A DNA stretch of 64,000 bases from Balanoglossus misakiensis (Eukaryota > Animalia > Hemichordata). Location of the stretch: assembly GCA_040954595.2 (NCBI GenBank), contig CM082576.2, forward strand, positions 11,349,129 to 11,413,128, read 5' to 3'. The notes beneath the pieces were generated by a model, which worked only from the letters and a program-made list of their open reading frames with translations, searched no databases and had not been told where the DNA came from. This document shows positions 32,486 to 47,943 of this stretch, piece after piece. The translations under genes were made by a program, and so were the position numbers. Within the stretch, counting starts at the first letter, position 1. The number at the start of each line of letters is the position of its first letter.

Positions 32486-35400
32486 CAAAACAAAACAAGG
32501 CTAATTGTCAACAAATGTATTTGGAATCTGTTCGGACATAAAATATGGTGACATTGGAAAGCAATTTTTCGATTTTCGATTTTGAAATTTTAGGCTTACG
32601 TGAGATGTTGCTCTTCTTCAGCTGACGATGTATCCTATCGCAATTACAGAATAAAATATATCTGTCAAATTATGTTCTGTCCACAGATAAAATAGCTATA
32701 TATGTCAAAGTTTTGTGCAAAATTTGGCGTGAAACCATGGAAATGGTCGGCGTAGGATTTCATTTTCAATTAAACTTTCAAGTGCTTCCCTGCAACTACG
32801 TGAGTTGTGTCTGTCGGATCAGATCAGGCAGTCTTCAAATGCTAAAGATTTGACAAGCTTAATTTATACTACTGAATGTAAATTGGCCAATTCGATAAAA
32901 TACACCTTCATCTCAGGATGTGTCGAATTGGTGGTGACCCCGGTGGGGAATATGGTCCCTGTGTCTTTTAAAAAGTTCAACGTGAACCACTATTTACACA
33001 AACAGGTGCCATTCCCCCGTGTAAAGATTAAAATCTGCCGAAGAGATACAAACCGTTAATATACGATCCCGATCGTCGCCAATGGAGACCCTCCCAAACG
33101 ACAGGGGTCGGCAAAACGGGGACACATCCAATCGACATATACATGGTGTGACCTTTCACACTATGACCTGCTTGAAGTGTGACCTCTCTCCCACAGCAGT
33201 TCCTACACAATTACTAAACCACGGAACGGATACATTTATCAAATGTATATGTGGTGGAACTTGGCCACTGCTGGCTTCCGAATAAAAAAAATCGATTAAA
33301 ATTACATGCATTTTCATAAAGGATGTATTTACTAAATATTAACTTATTCTTAAACAAAGCAAAATGGAAGGTACATGTAATACCAACTTGGTCGCCTGAA
33401 AATGTTTATCTATTCATTTTGGGGAGATTTCTATTCTCATATCCTACAGATGGGAGGGAAGTTGTGTCTGGTCGAACATTGATTCACTATATATCCACAT
33501 GTAGAATAACATAAATGGTGTCTTGTATCAAACGTCAAAATAAATTATTCCGTATTTTTTTCTGACTCTTTCTAGGATTATAACCTGACCGAGATTAACT
33601 TCACATGTGCCAACCCTGGGCGATCGAATCCGCGCCCGACATCAGGTAAGTCGAAATCTTGATTTATCAACTAAAGTGATAGAATCTTTGATACACGCGT
33701 TTGATTTAATACTTAGACAGTTCGGAGGTTGGAGAAGATATAGATACGTAACATATCAGTGGCATTCATTGTAATTAATACGCTCGACTGAGACCGCGAT
33801 AAGGCGGGCGATTCTATCTCGCAGATACACGCAATTCAGCAGTTTTATCGACGTTTGAGCTTCCAAACACCAATGCGAATTATAGCCTCCCCTGAAAACA
33901 AAGATATCCCTTGATAATCCTTTTTGTGGTTATCAGATAATGAGCAATACTGGAATTTCCACCGAGACACAGATTGCCGGCGACAAAAACCAGACTTCAG
34001 AACGATGATGTGCACTGACACTGACACAACATAAACATTTCAAATATTCAAAATGTGGTCTACATGTACGCACGGCTCGATAGATTAAATTTTGGAAGAT
34101 GCACGATCTCTCCAAGATAACACTCGATAATGTGTTATTCTATTGCGGTCAGAGAGAGAGAGAGGTTATCGCACCTGGCGTGACTTCACATCTGCCAGAG
34201 GTGAAAAGGGTTATTTAAATTTGCCTTGCACAATCTGAACAGTGTTGATTTTGATGAGCGGGTGTATTCAACCCAGATTGGTTTGGACAAACATTTCAAT
34301 ACTAGATCACGAAAGGTCATTGGCAGACAAGCCAGTTTGAGTTTGCTAAATACTCGCCACCCTTCTTGTGTACATACACAATTTAAAGGACGTTTATTCT
34401 CGGTGACACCAGGTGTGATTAACAGCCCATGTCTTCAGTTTAAAATTATCATCACTAATACATGAAGCAATACCTTGAAGTCGACCTGACTAGTCGACCA
34501 GAACCCGGTAGCCGTTGTCAAGCGAAAGAGTGTGGTGTCTTCTTGAAAGCCAAAAGACTATAACTTACGATAGTTTCTCTCTTCGGGCCAAAAGTCAGTA
34601 CAAGGCCCCGGTATACCGATACTCTAGCATGTACAAGAATGCAAATAAAAATGTTCCATCGACAGTCATTTTTCATCAGCACCAACTTCTTTTCCTATCT
34701 TCTCCGCGTTAGCTTTCAATTAACAATATCGGAAGATGTGACTACACGATGGTAATCTTAATCTTCTGTGTACGGTCTTTGCAGTTCACGCTCTCCGTCC
34801 AGGCGATATCGACGTCATCGCTGCCACGGGAGACTCCATTAGTGTAAGTCGACATGTTTGTTTGTCTGGCAATTTTAGAGTTTAAGCTTGTAGCTTTGTT
34901 GCTATAGAAACTCCCGTGATGTAGTGGACATTGCTAGAAGCTGGCACTGACACTGAGCGTGGATCATAGTCAGTTTCAAAAGCCGGCCAACATCGTTATC
35001 TTGTCATAGATGGGAAATTTTGAGGACTAATGAATATGTGAGCTCTGTAGCAATATTGTTAGTAAAACGATAGCTATCCTGCATTCTTATAACAAATCAT
35101 GTTTCTATCTTCTTCATGTAGGCCGGTAATGGCGCCAAAGCCGACTGTCTTCTTGAAGTGCCGATTATGCACAGGGAACGTGTATTCAGGTAACCAAAGA
35201 ATAAATTAACCGATCCCACTGCAGCAAAACTCACGCGAAGAAATTGGTACTTTTCTCTGCACGAATACCAAATTAAGAATAACAAACTAGTAAATCAGAC
35301 AAGCAGTCGACAGACCAATGTGCAAAATACAGTAGTTCTGGTATTACCTGTCATGTATCACAACAAGAATCTGGTTCTCGTTACATAATCATACTTCTGA

Positions 35401-38400
35401 CTCTCTCTTTCTCACTCTCTCTCTCTGTCTGTCTGTCTGTCTGTCTCTCTGTCTCTGTCTCTCTGTCTCTCTCCGCTTCATTTCTTCAGCATTGGTGGCG
35501 ACGATAGTTTACAAAACGGTTCACTGACACTACCAAGTAAGCACTGACATTTATAATTCCGAGAAACAATTCACACTTTAAAGAAACTAACACAAGATTT
35601 TATTTGCAGTTCTGTTTTCTGTACATTTGTAATTGGATAAAAGTCGATTGAACTATTTGACGTTGCTAAAATAATCAAAACTGAGACGCCCTGTGTAACA
35701 CTGGACCTTACCAACCTATTGTGTATTACATTTCCATTCCTAATAGGAATATCAAATTTCACCTCAATAAATTTATGTAAAGTTTGTGTTTCATTCTTAG
35801 ACATTCTGCGGCAGTACAATCCCAACCTTACAGGGTACTCAGTTGGCCCCGGGACAGTTTCCATGATAGAAAGGTCAAGGTTGAACGTTGCCGTACCCGG
35901 GGCAAGGGCCAGGTATACGAATCTTACGTCATGTACTGTCAAACTTCCCTTGTCGATCTTTTAATTCAGGCTCTGATCTTCTAATTTGATGACCATGCAG
36001 TGACGCATATTTTTTCGCGAGGCCAACAAAGTGAAATTCTGTGATTGGCTATATTTCAACAATCCATAAGAATCGTGGATCTTACACGATTTTGTCTGAC
36101 ATAACAGAGACATGCTTGAACAGACAGAAGAAATGATCAGAAGAATGAAGAACATGACTGACGTAGACTACGACAACGATTGGAAGATGGTCACCCTATT
36201 TATTGGCGGGAATGACCTGTGCGCTTGTAACGACCTGAGTGCAGACGCCTTCGCGGCGAACATTAAAGAGGCACTGGACCTAATGCACAGCGAGGTAAAC
36301 AATTAAGGTCACTACCAGAAATGAGGATGTCCGTTATCTCAAATTTCTATGGTTGATTCTAGAGAAACCGGTAAAATAAGTAAAGCGCTAGCCAGACGAT
36401 GTCGATTATGTGTTTTAATGTTAGACCAGTGCTAGTCCAAATATGGTCTGCTGGTTTGAAAGTGAAAAATATTTCATTTAAGTTGTGACATTTTGTCTTC
36501 AGATGCCGAGAACGTTCGTTAATCTTGTTCAAGTCCTGTTAGTAACAGAGGTCAATAAGTTGACGTCGCCAGATTGTCACATATCTCATGGGTAAGTTTA
36601 ACCCAATTACTATGCGTTGTATATCTATCCTTAAATATTTGAGATGATGTTTGGTTACATTTGAAACACGGCGCTATCAATCGGCCATTTTCAAATACTG
36701 ATCGCATTACGTTTATTCATACACCTAAATTATAATGGAACACAGAATGGCGATAAATGAAGATTTTGGTAACTGCATGTGTGCCTTCTCTTTTCTAGGA
36801 TCTTTTGCCCATGCGCAAAGGAATTTTACAACACAGACTGGCCCGACATCCTCCAATTAACAAAAGATTATCACGTGAGTTTCCTTATTTGTCGACTATA
36901 GGACTGATCATTCTTATCCGCTCTGTATATCATTATAGCTGTTGGACGAATACATATGGGTCCCTACACGCCCACCATTCCACAGTCTTCATCTTCCATT
37001 CACATTGTTTGTTTTATTTTCAGAGGGCAGTTGAGGATTTGATAGTGTACGGACAGTACGACACCAGAGATGACTTCACAGTTGTCATTCAGCCGTTTTT
37101 CGAAGAGTTACAGATCAAAGAGAACGATGTATGTATAAAAAAAAACAATTATTATTACGCCTAAAGGGTAAAAAATGATGACAGTGGTGGTGGTGGTGAG
37201 TAGTGGTGGTGGTGGTGGTGATGATGATGATGATGAGGAGGAGGAGGAGGAGGACGTTGAATGGAGAACTTGTACATGTGAGACGGCTTTATTTCGTCAT
37301 ATTGTTTTATTACATTTTAAATTGATGAATTTGCCATGATGTATACATCTATTTCTGCAGCACAATCTTTTATCGCCTGACTGTTTCCACTTAAGTGAGT
37401 ATGGACATCAAGTATCTGCCATGAGTCTCTGGAATAACTTGGTAAGATCATAATCAAAATTTTCGATTTAACTAGTGGTGACCATTTTATATCATTACAG
37501 ACGCTGATCATAGTCACGTGGTTGAGAATATGAAAAAGAATCAAGCTTTTCATAATCTTGTAGATTATATCTGAGTTTAATTTATGGTGGAATAAAACAT
37601 TGATTCATGTCAATCTGCTACGAGAAAGAAAGTCCCGGAATTTCACTCAGTGTTAGATCGATTTATTTAATCAATTGTATATTGAAAAGCTAGATTATTA
37701 CACACTGAACAACTCTGAGTTGATTACGATGTGCGACTGTTTTTGATGATATTGTAGATCGAACCAGTTGGACAGAAGAGGAGGGCTTGGAATTACGGCG
37801 ATGTGTTGGAATGCCCGGTAAGTTTTTGAATTTGAGTGATTTTTTTAAACTTTAAAGGCTTTTCATTTAAATTTCATATCCTGATTCACTTGCCGTTCCG
37901 TACACACACAACATGTTGTATAATACATTTTACATCATTGGTGGGAGAGTACATTAGTTAACACCCATTTAAATGTGCCCTTCCATGTGTATGAGTATGT
38001 TTACGACGAGATCGTTTATGATCAAACCAACGAAATAAGAATGCTTTCTGCGTTTTGTGCATTAGACATCCGAGTATCTCTACACCTACCTAAACTCTCC
38101 CGGATATGACGTACCGACGAGAGGACCGTCAACGCCCGCACCGCCTGTGAGTATACTCCGACAGTGTCGCACTTACCAACGCAATAAATGACGCGGTGTC
38201 AGAATCAGAATAAAAATGGCGCATTGCAGAATTTTGAGTGTGCCATCAGGTGCTTTTGTGTGTCAGTGTCGTTTTTTTTGTAGATATGAAGGAGAAATGT
38301 CCTAACAAACCCATCTTTATCGCAAGAGTGACTGAATTGCATATGGATATGTTGGACCATTGTATGGATCATACTCGTAGATTTCATGCAGCTTTCCTGA

Positions 38401-41400
38401 ATAATTTTCTGAATGTTACACAAACCAAGATATTTTATTTTATTGCTGTTACACAAACCAAGATATTTTATTTTATTGCAACAGACCCCAGAACCAGAAG
38501 TTTACAATTTTTCGTGTCCGTACCTCCCACCATCCAATACAGTTCCAACCACAGGTGAGCGTTTTTTGAGAATTAAAATTTTCACTCGTATTTTCGGTCA
38601 AATCTCTGGCCATAAAAATGTTTTTTCCCTCAGAAATATGACATTTCGCTAAAATAATTCACCATTCGTTTTATTTCCCCCTTCAGTCCATGAACTGCGT
38701 CCCGGAGATGTGACTGTCATTGCAGCTCTGGGCGACTCCCTTACGGTAAGTCGATCGACCTCAAGCGTGGAATACATACATATGGCATCTTCATATGGGC
38801 AATGTTTTTTTATATTTCGACACTTACATGTAGACTAGCGTAGAGAACGAGAACAAGTGTACTCTCGGCTGTTGAACTGAAATGCCTCGTCTTAAAATGA
38901 TCCCAAAGTACTAGTATCAAAATATGCCCTTTATGAGATTCAACGTGAAAGTGATCAGATGGTACGAAGAGGTGAACAATTGTCCTTGCAACGTTAGATA
39001 TACTCTTCATTGTCAATGTTACAGGCAGGATATGGCATAACGGCCGACACACTTATTGAGACCAGCATTCAGGAGAGAGGCCTTTCTTGGAGGTATGTTC
39101 ACCTACACGTTTGCGTCTGTATGTTTCATTATGTACGATGAAGCATTTTTAAGGGTTTTGTAACTAAAACGGCATAAAATGTATCATTATATATTGTAAG
39201 AGAGAACGAGAGAATGAAGAGAGTGAGGGAGGGCGGGAGAGGGTGAGAGAGACACATGCTTTTAATTTCAATATAGCTCAATTCTATAAACGTCAAATTT
39301 CACAAAATTTAAACATCTCTGTATACTGTTTTAGTGTTGGCGGGGACAATTCATTTGCTGAAGGTAGCTTGACGTTGACAAGTAAGTTAGCTTATATTTA
39401 AATCTAATTTGCAAAAGCAACGTTTGATGACCCCCCCCCCCTAGAGTTGAGCATCCGATGGAAAATCTCGTTAAAGTCACACCAACTGGTCACCTTAGCC
39501 ATCTTTTCAACAGTTGCACTGTTCAATCGTTTGTTTTGGTATCGAAGAGTTTATACAACTTAAAATATTTGCTAGTGTCAGGATTATTGCCTGAAATGGT
39601 AACGGTGTTCGGTAGAAAACATAACATACCATTTATAACATTATTTTTATGTGTACGTGCAGACATACTTCGGAATTACAACCCAGACATTGTTGGATAT
39701 TCCGTCGACGCCGGATCGCACACGAACTTCAACATCTCCAGGCTGAACGTTGCCGTCGGAGGTGCAAGAGCCGAGTAGGTCATCATTTTTTGACGTCACA
39801 ATCTTAACCCTCGCATCGTTACATCAGCTTTCCCAGACCTTGAGAGTACCGTTGATTCTAATCTAGGCACACATAAATATCTTTGTTTCTCGCAGTGACA
39901 TGCTGACCCAAACCGAAGAGTTGATCCAGCGGATGAAGACCTGGGATAAAGTAGACTACGAGAACGACTGGAAAGTGGTGACTCTCTTCATCGGGGGTAA
40001 TGACCTGTGTGCCTACTGCAATGACCCCGACGGCGCCTCTGCCAAGGCGTACAGGGATGAGATCAAGAAGGCGCTGGACAAAATGCATGCCGAGGTAAAT
40101 ATTCCTTCTGGCCGGAACGTGGCTTATTGTTTACTTTCTCCACATAGCTCTAAGACTGCGACGAATCTTGGTGTCAGATCGAATACTGTCTGCGAACTCT
40201 ATAGAGTACACATGCTATGTACAGTGTGTATATTCAGTTCTTCTTTTTCAATTCAAGATGCCGCGGACATTTGTCAACCTTGTGCAAGTTCTTTTAGTCA
40301 CCGAAATAAACAAGTTGTCTGGATACTGCGACTTTATCCATCTGTAAGTACGAGTATACAATGTACAATAAATCAATAATGTCTGTCTGTCTCTGTGACT
40401 GTCAGGTGTAAGTATATGTACATTGTAAACTTGAATCTCAAGGCACACAACGGTAAAGTGACAAATGTATTTAGTAATGAATCTTTGAGAAGCTTATACG
40501 CGTGAACATCAGAGTATTCAAATGCCAAATCAAGATGGAGGTCTAGTTCACTACATAACTGATGTTTGAATTTGTAGCTTAGCCTGTCGTTGTGCAAAAC
40601 AGAGATGGGACGAAAACTGGGAAGACGTATTACACTTGGCAGGAGACTATCACGTGAGTATGCTTTCAAAATATCCCCACTCTTGTAAAGCAAAACAAAA
40701 CTATTTTGTGAATTGTGAAGCAACTATATACAACACATCTTGCTACACCAAGTAAATGCGCAGATGGTCTATTAGCTTAAAGGCCCATATTTGTTGACGT
40801 GGGCTTCGGCATCAGCTGTGGATATTATGCTTATTTAACCTGGAGAAAAATGACAATCCGGATAATCTTTGCGTGTTTAAACCCCCTGTCTCCCGGCATA
40901 TCGATAAATTCACCATATACGCTCAGAGTCTGATATCAACGTGAAAATATTGTTCTATACACAGCGAGCTCTGGAAGATCTCGTGTTGTACGGTGACTAC
41001 GATAGTCGGGACGACTTCACGGTGGTCATACAACCCTTCTTTGAAGAAACCTACATTCCTTGGCTCGAGGTATATACATCAATTACCGTATTCATTCACA
41101 CGTCAGGTATACCAGTTCGTCAAAAACACCATACCCGACGTAGGACCTTTCATAAAAGTGTTCTTTCTTCTAAAGACGTTATTTAGTTCTATACAGGAGA
41201 TACTCGAAACAGCTGACGATCGAATATCGCTATAACAGCCGACAGAAATTATGCCGCATGGCAATTTTGAAAGTCTAAGTAATATGTTCATCTCTGAGGT
41301 TCAGTGATTAAGATTGATTGTCTATAGTAACTCGAAGAAAACGTCCTGAGTGTTGTTATTTTCTTTTTTTTCTTTTTTAGGATAAACAACGATGGGATGA

Positions 41401-44400
41401 TAGTCTGTTTGCGCCCGATTGCTTTCACTTCAGTGAGTACGGACATCAAGTAGGAGCCATTAGTCTATGGAATAATATGGTAAGCTTATTGTTCGTTCTC
41501 ACTTGTATCAGGTCAACATTAATGGCATAAAGAAAATACACAACCATAACTTTTGCACTTTCGAATTAACAGAAGAATAATGTCCACAGTCTAACTGTTC
41601 CTAACATTAGAGAAATCCAACGGCATGTTTCTTCTTTTTCGGTCGTAAGATTGAGCCCGCTGGAGGCAAGCGTACGGCGTGGTTACCGGAAGATGTTCTT
41701 GAGTGTCCGAAAGAGGTAAGTAATGGCGGGAAAAAGACGACGTGTATACAATTTCCCATTTTTCGCATTACGATGAACGCTCCAAAATATTTCCAGATTG
41801 CTAAATGGAAATCCCCGAGACTCGAAGTTCTGTACGGCAGGCATTGTCGGTGTCGAAGTGTGTGACCTTATTTATTTTATTGGAATAAAGAAGTGATACA
41901 ACCCCTCTTAAAATATCAAGCACATGGCCGATCGCCGTCACCTCCAACGTTAAACTCCGGGCACATTTCTTATGTTGCAGACCTTCCCTTATTTCTATAC
42001 TTACAAAAACACGCCTGGATACGAAGCACCAACCCGAGGACCGTCGACCATTTCTCCGCCTCCAACACCAACTAATATTGCTACTGTATGTATATTTTCG
42101 CTTATTACCAAATAACTTGATATGTTAAACTGTCGCATTTAAAACTCAGACCTGCGTTCTACCGTCAGTGATAATGGCCGTGGAGGTCGTATCAAATGCA
42201 CGCTTTTTGAGACTGGAGGTTACGGTGGCCAAATATATTGGCGTATTGGTACACATGCGTTCAAATGCAAAGTGCGCATCGAAGAAAATAATTGCAGTGT
42301 CTGTTCCTATCTTATGTTCTTGAATCTTTTTTTTCTTTTGGCTTCATTGCTGGTGTTGCCAAAATAGACGGTGCCACCAACATATCCACCAACATATCCA
42401 TACAAGTTTGCCTGTGAGATTACTCCACCATCCGACCAAGTTCCAACTTCAGGTATGTTATTGTTGACCCATACTTGCGGAACAAAATTTTCTGTATTTC
42501 CATGGATTCAAGATGAAATGCCCGGATGTGCAATGCCGAAATTCTCGAGATGAATTGAAGCTTCGTTCAGAACACAGCACCTGGCTATCTGTGTTCTGAT
42601 TCTCTTTTAAAGAGAATGTTGTCAAGGGGCCATTATGGATCGTCGAGTGTTCTCGCTGTAAGGATTATCAAGAATAGCCAGAGTCCTCCCACAGAAAAAA
42701 ACACTAGGTTATTAACACAGAGACACTTTCTTTGTTGATTTTAGTTCACAGACTTCGTCCTGCAGATATAAATGTGATCGCTGCCCTGGGAGATTCCATC
42801 ACGGTAAGCAGATTATTGGCGTGCTCTGTGTTTGAAATCAATATAAACGAAGAAGACCTGACTATTGCGTGTATAGAAATCTTAAAACTTGCAGGATTTT
42901 CATCCAACAACGAATTTTGGCAAAGTGTTCACCCGGTTTCCAATTCCTCTAAACGCAAAAATTATATCATTGTGTTTTTTTTTACTTACAGGCCGCCAAT
43001 GGAGCAGGGGCCGACAATATTTTACAAGTTGCCATTCAGTATCGAGGCATGTCATGGAGGTGAGTGGCAATGACAGAGATGACTGACTTTCATACAATCA
43101 CGCATCTCGCATATATAAACATCACTGCTGCAAAGTGTCGTCCTGTAAATTTGGGTCTTACTAGAATTGCAATAATTGCGCCTTTGTATATGTCTTAATC
43201 TTCCGACTGACTGTGTTAATCTGTTTACCTTTCCCACACACTGTAGTGCATTACATTTTTCTTCGTTTCCAGTATCGGTGGAGACAGTTCTTTGGAAGCA
43301 GGTGTATTGACTTTATCAAGTGAGTGAATATGTTTTTCCCCTTTGGTACACAATTTCGTATTTAAGTGTTAAGCCAACTATTACAAAATCTGGATAATTT
43401 TCAATTGTTCTCCTCAGATATACTGCGCATGTATAACCCCAACTTGAAAGGATATTCGATAGAAACGGGTCGCGATTCAGAAATCGAGAAGTCAAGATTA
43501 AATGTAGCAGTGCCTGGAGCAAGGGCGAGGTTAGTTGTTTCCCGGTGATTTCCTTACAATAGACCATTTTCCGCACTGTACGGGACCCTGCGAGATCTCG
43601 CGTGACCCAGGGCAAACAACACACGATTCATCGTGTTAAACTACACAGACGGTAGAATTTTTGTTTAATTCTGAACCTATTCTAATTACATCCAAAGCTT
43701 GACCTGTATTTCTTGGCTGGAAACCCGTTGCTACGGTAATTAACAAAGTCTCGCGAGATCTTGACTGAGAAACACACATCTGACTACTAGTATATACAGC
43801 ACAGAACATGAGTAACCTTCGAAATAACTTGTTATTGTGAATTTTGATAAATCGCAACACTTGCGCTGTTGGTCCCCGTTTGTTCTACCAGGCACATGCT
43901 TGAACAGACGCAAGAGTTAATAACCCGGATGAAGGACTGGGAGGAAGTGGACTACGACAACGACTGGAAAGTTGTCACGATATTCATCGGCGGCAATGAT
44001 TTGTGCGCATGTTCCAATTATAGCGCTGAAGAATACACTTTGGAGATAGTAAAGGCGTTAGATCTTATGCATGCACAGGTGTGTACCCTGGGGAAACATC
44101 TGAAGCATTGAGAAAAATATATCAGGATGTGCAGCAACCTGAAATTTGCAGGAATAGGTTCTTTATTGCCTTAGGTTTTTAGATCGTCAGCATGGTATTC
44201 CCTGCAATATTTGCTTATACTTAGTATTTGAAGCTAGTACACCATTGTTTTCTTTGAACCGCAAGATTCCTTCACACTTAACAACTATTTTATTTCCCTA
44301 GATGAAATTTTCTCTCCTTCGTTCTACAGATGCCCAGGACCTTTGTTAATCTTGCGCAAGTGGTGTTGGTAACAGAGATCAACAAACTCGACGGTTATTG

Positions 44401-46084
44401 CGACGCGATGCATTTGTAAGTTAAATTGTACATGATTTTGGGCTGACTCGTGTCGTTCATAAGAATACATTTTTCCAGCTATACATTTTTAACCCATTCT
44501 GTTTCCCGCCACATTTCTACAGGGCTTACTGTCCATGCGCCAAGGAAAGATTCAACGACAATTGGGAAGATGTAACCGACTTGTCTCGAGAATATCACGT
44601 AAGTTCATTAATAATTGTGCGAGAATGCCTATTTACCTAGTCTTTATATTTCTTGTGTGAGTGATTTTGCTTGGTCCATAACCATTTCTCTTTGATAATT
44701 TGCAGCGTGCCCTGGACGACCTTGTAGCAAGCGGTAAATACGACACCAGAGACGATTTCACCGTCGTTCTGCAACCATTCTTCCAAGAAACCCAGGTTCC
44801 TCCAAGTGAAGTGAGTATTCCTTTTTCATCGATCTGCAAATTTACTTCGTCGCCTTAAAATTTCAGCAAACCAAACCAGTATTGGCATGATTTCTTTGGC
44901 GTTACTTTCAAATTGGCACAAAGTGCCTATGAATTTGGCGACTTGCAAGTTTAATTTTTCCATCGTTTTGTGTAATGGTAAGACGGAAATCTCTATCTAC
45001 CGCTTCTGCGAGGTTATCACTATATTTTTCATTCCTTGGCTGTCATATTTAGTTTCTGCATATTGTAAATCGTTTGCCACATTTTCTAGCAAGTGTGACT
45101 ATGTTCTGTTGAGCGTTTCGTAGCAACAGAGTTTTGTTAACTTTTCATCACAGGACGGCGACGGCTGGGACGACTCGATGTTTTCGCCGGACTGCTTTCA
45201 TTTCAGCGAATACGGACATCAACTGTGCGCATTGAGTCTGTGGAACAACATGGTGAGAAAAACCCATCAACAGCATTAATATCAGAAAAAGGGTTTAGAA
45301 AGCTCACGTTCTGTAGACCATACGATATCATCGGTAGTATACGGCTTATGCTTGGAGTGTATTCATTAAACACACGATAAAAGTAGTCACGGTAAAATGC
45401 TCGTATTTATCAAGATGATGTTTTGCGCTGTGATCATATCTATTCAAAATTATATTACAATGTACTTTCGTTCGCTTTGACACAGATTGAACCAGTGGGT
45501 GAAAAGCGCACAGGCTGGCATCCCAACGACACCCTTGAATGTCCTCCAGAGGTGAGTGTCAGGCGAGTTCTTTTCTAAACGCCAATATCGCCAGAAGTAT
45601 GCATGGACGTAAATCACTCATTTTCAACAAGGCAGTGAGTGAGCACTGGATTCATCATACGTTGATGTTTCATGGCAATCGAGGAGGAATTAAGGAAGCC
45701 ATTTCACAGAAAGTGGTCTGAATGAAGCTAAACTTAATCATCACTCTGATTGAGGCCTCATGCGGGCTTTCGTAAATCTGTACTAAACGCTCATCTTTTT
45801 TTCAACTGTCACAGGGCTTTGAGTTCTTGTACACGAACTTAAACTCGCCGAGGTACACGCCAACTACCGCATCGCAGACGACGCACAGATGGACAACGAC
45901 TACAGTACTGCCTACGGTGAGGGAGGAGCCAATCGGCGCGCAGCCCGTGTGTGACGACTACACCGCCGCCTTCATCACATCGTTCGTTGTGAGCACCCTT
46001 CTCCTGATTGCCTGCCTTTGTTGCATCATCTACCTCATCCGCCAGGTTTCGCGGTTATTAAGGAAGTCCAACAGTATATTCTAA
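31564..46084 (+). CDS. PLB1-like: PLB1-like gene P3: three tandem SGNH domains (A-B-C), type I membrane protein; sister of P2
   Basis: Signal exon 31564-31657 ([21 protein letters not shown], homologous to P2), exons 32154-32359 and ~33576-33645. GDS exons at 34785 (AATGDSIS), 38687 (ALGDSLT) and 42745 (ALGDSIT). GGNDLC exons at ~36108, ~39896 and ~43892. PDCFH exons at 37361, 41381 and ~45153. The last exon 45815-46084 has a Thr stalk, TM and ends SNSIF*. AATAAA near 46758-46767. Confidence 0.92.
32457..32497. repeat. (AAAAC)n microsatellite in P3 intron 2
   Basis: About 8 copies of CAAAA seen directly. Confidence 0.9.
35400..35472. repeat. (CT)n/(GTCT)n microsatellite extending the polypyrimidine tract of a P3 acceptor
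   Basis: ctctctcttt...ctgtctgtctgtct...ctctct immediately upstream of the acceptor at ~35489. Confidence 0.85.
37184..37255 (+). repeat. Compound (GGT)n(GAT)n(GAG)n microsatellite in the P3 domain-1 intron
   Basis: Seen directly, in the intron after the ...[13 protein letters not shown] exon. Confidence 0.9.
38414..38479. repeat. Perfect 33-bp tandem duplication just upstream of a P3 acceptor
   Basis: TGTTACACAAACCAAGATATTTTATTTTATTGC twice (38414-38446, 38447-38479), followed by aacag|exon. Confidence 0.9.
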
Positions 46085-47943
46085 TGTCGTCTGCCGACTA
46101 CTCCATGCGCCATTTTGCCCATCCCCAGACACGTTTTTATTCTTTGCCCGTGGCCTGATCTAGCGGCGAAGCATCGCCATGCATGGCACACACAATGCCT
46201 TGAAAAAGACTTGATTATTAACACATGGGACTAGTATACCTTAAGGTATTCGTCTCAGTTAACACGATAATAGCCCAGTGCCAGCCTACGATAATATTCA
46301 CGACACACACACACAAATGACGCGAGAGGGCTGTCTTCTGACCAGACAGGACACAAGAGGCTTCCAAAAGATTTCGACAGGGATAACATTTAGCCTATTT
46401 TGATGACACTCATTTATACCAGCTATCTGCCTTATTTTCACGTGACAGGTTTGTTGAGATAAGCAGATTCCTTTAATAGCATCAATTCTTTGTCTTTTTG
46501 ACACATTCCTATCTCGTGAGATCAAAGACTGATTGGATGCTGTCCAACAGAACCTGCGTTGTTCGTGGTCTGTCCGGATGGGGTGACATTACGACGGCCT
46601 TGGCAATATTTAAAATCCCTGAGCGACGACCAGAGTCCCATCATGTGATTCTGAACCTTCAAGAGGTGGTGCGATCTCGAAAGCCTTCAATACAATTGGG
46701 ATTGACCATTAGCGACTTCAGTTTTTTTGTATAACTGTAGATGTCTCATGTATACTAAATAAATAAAGTGCCCTAGTTATGTAAATCAGTGTCTATCTTG
46801 CATCCGTATCACACTAAAGGGATTTCTACCACAACTTCCAAACATTTTTGATTCTCTGGCGAGAGCATGCTAAAATAACAGCTAAAGTAACACGTGCCTT
46901 CAAAGTGAAAATTTAAAGTTCATGCACAAATGGGTTACTCTGACTGAGACGGGGCGGATTGACAACAAGCCTTTATAACTCGTAGCTGTGATCGACCGCA
47001 AACATATTGCAAAGTAATCAAAAATGACTAAGCATCTACAAGATGCATCAAGTAAGAATACGATTTATTAGAACGATATTTTACATCACACGACGATGAC
47101 ATGGCGTACCCTCTCAATCATACCTCCAAGACAAGCAATGCATACACATGTCATACCCTGCCAATGTGAAAGATGGAGCCTAAAACAACGATGTGGCATG
47201 AATGACACATAAACTAGACAGATGGGGTCAACGTTATTTCCACATAGTTTTACATAAAGGAGATAATCCAGAAACAATTTCAACACATAACGCATTGTCA
47301 CCATGTTACATGTAGAAGACAATCCCTATATTTTCTTGAAAAAAACGTCACTCTCTGACAAGCTTATTCCACATCGCATACGTTCTGAGATGAGGGTTTG
47401 AATTTGTTATCCTTTTTCTGTCTCTACATTTTGAAAATCGGGGAACTAACGTATACGCTCGATTTGATTGGAGAATTACGACTGCGTGGACACCTGTCTT
47501 TTGAATTCCAATGTTCTTGTAACGATATTGATTTTCCGTTTAAAATAGTCAGCTGATTTTAATTGTGTTTGTCTGAGATACGTGTTTTGCAGATAGCCAC
47601 AGAAGTCCCCGGTTAATGAGAATACCCTTGATCACCAGTAATCCAAACAAACGCGCACAGATCACTGCCCGTGTATCAGATGGGTATGTTACTAGGACAC
47701 GGCTGAGTGCGATCTGTTCAAATATAGCCCGACCTTTATATTCTTTACAAATAAACCCTTTTTAAACAAAATTGTCTGAAATCTCAGGCTAATGGCCCTA
47801 TCAAGGACTGGCTGCAAAGTTGTCGCGCTCCTCATATTCAAGAACGTCAAAAGAATATAAAACGAGGCTGAGATTTTCATACTTCTGGAAACGCCATGCT
47901 GCATTTTTAAAGCAAAGACCCAGGGAGTTAAAAAAAAACTACC

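Noticed and set aside
41981-42085. Suspected frameshift in a P3 linker exon
   Set aside because: On re-reading, the exon is 105 nt and in frame (…[10 protein letters not shown]|gtatg), so P3 is not disrupted.
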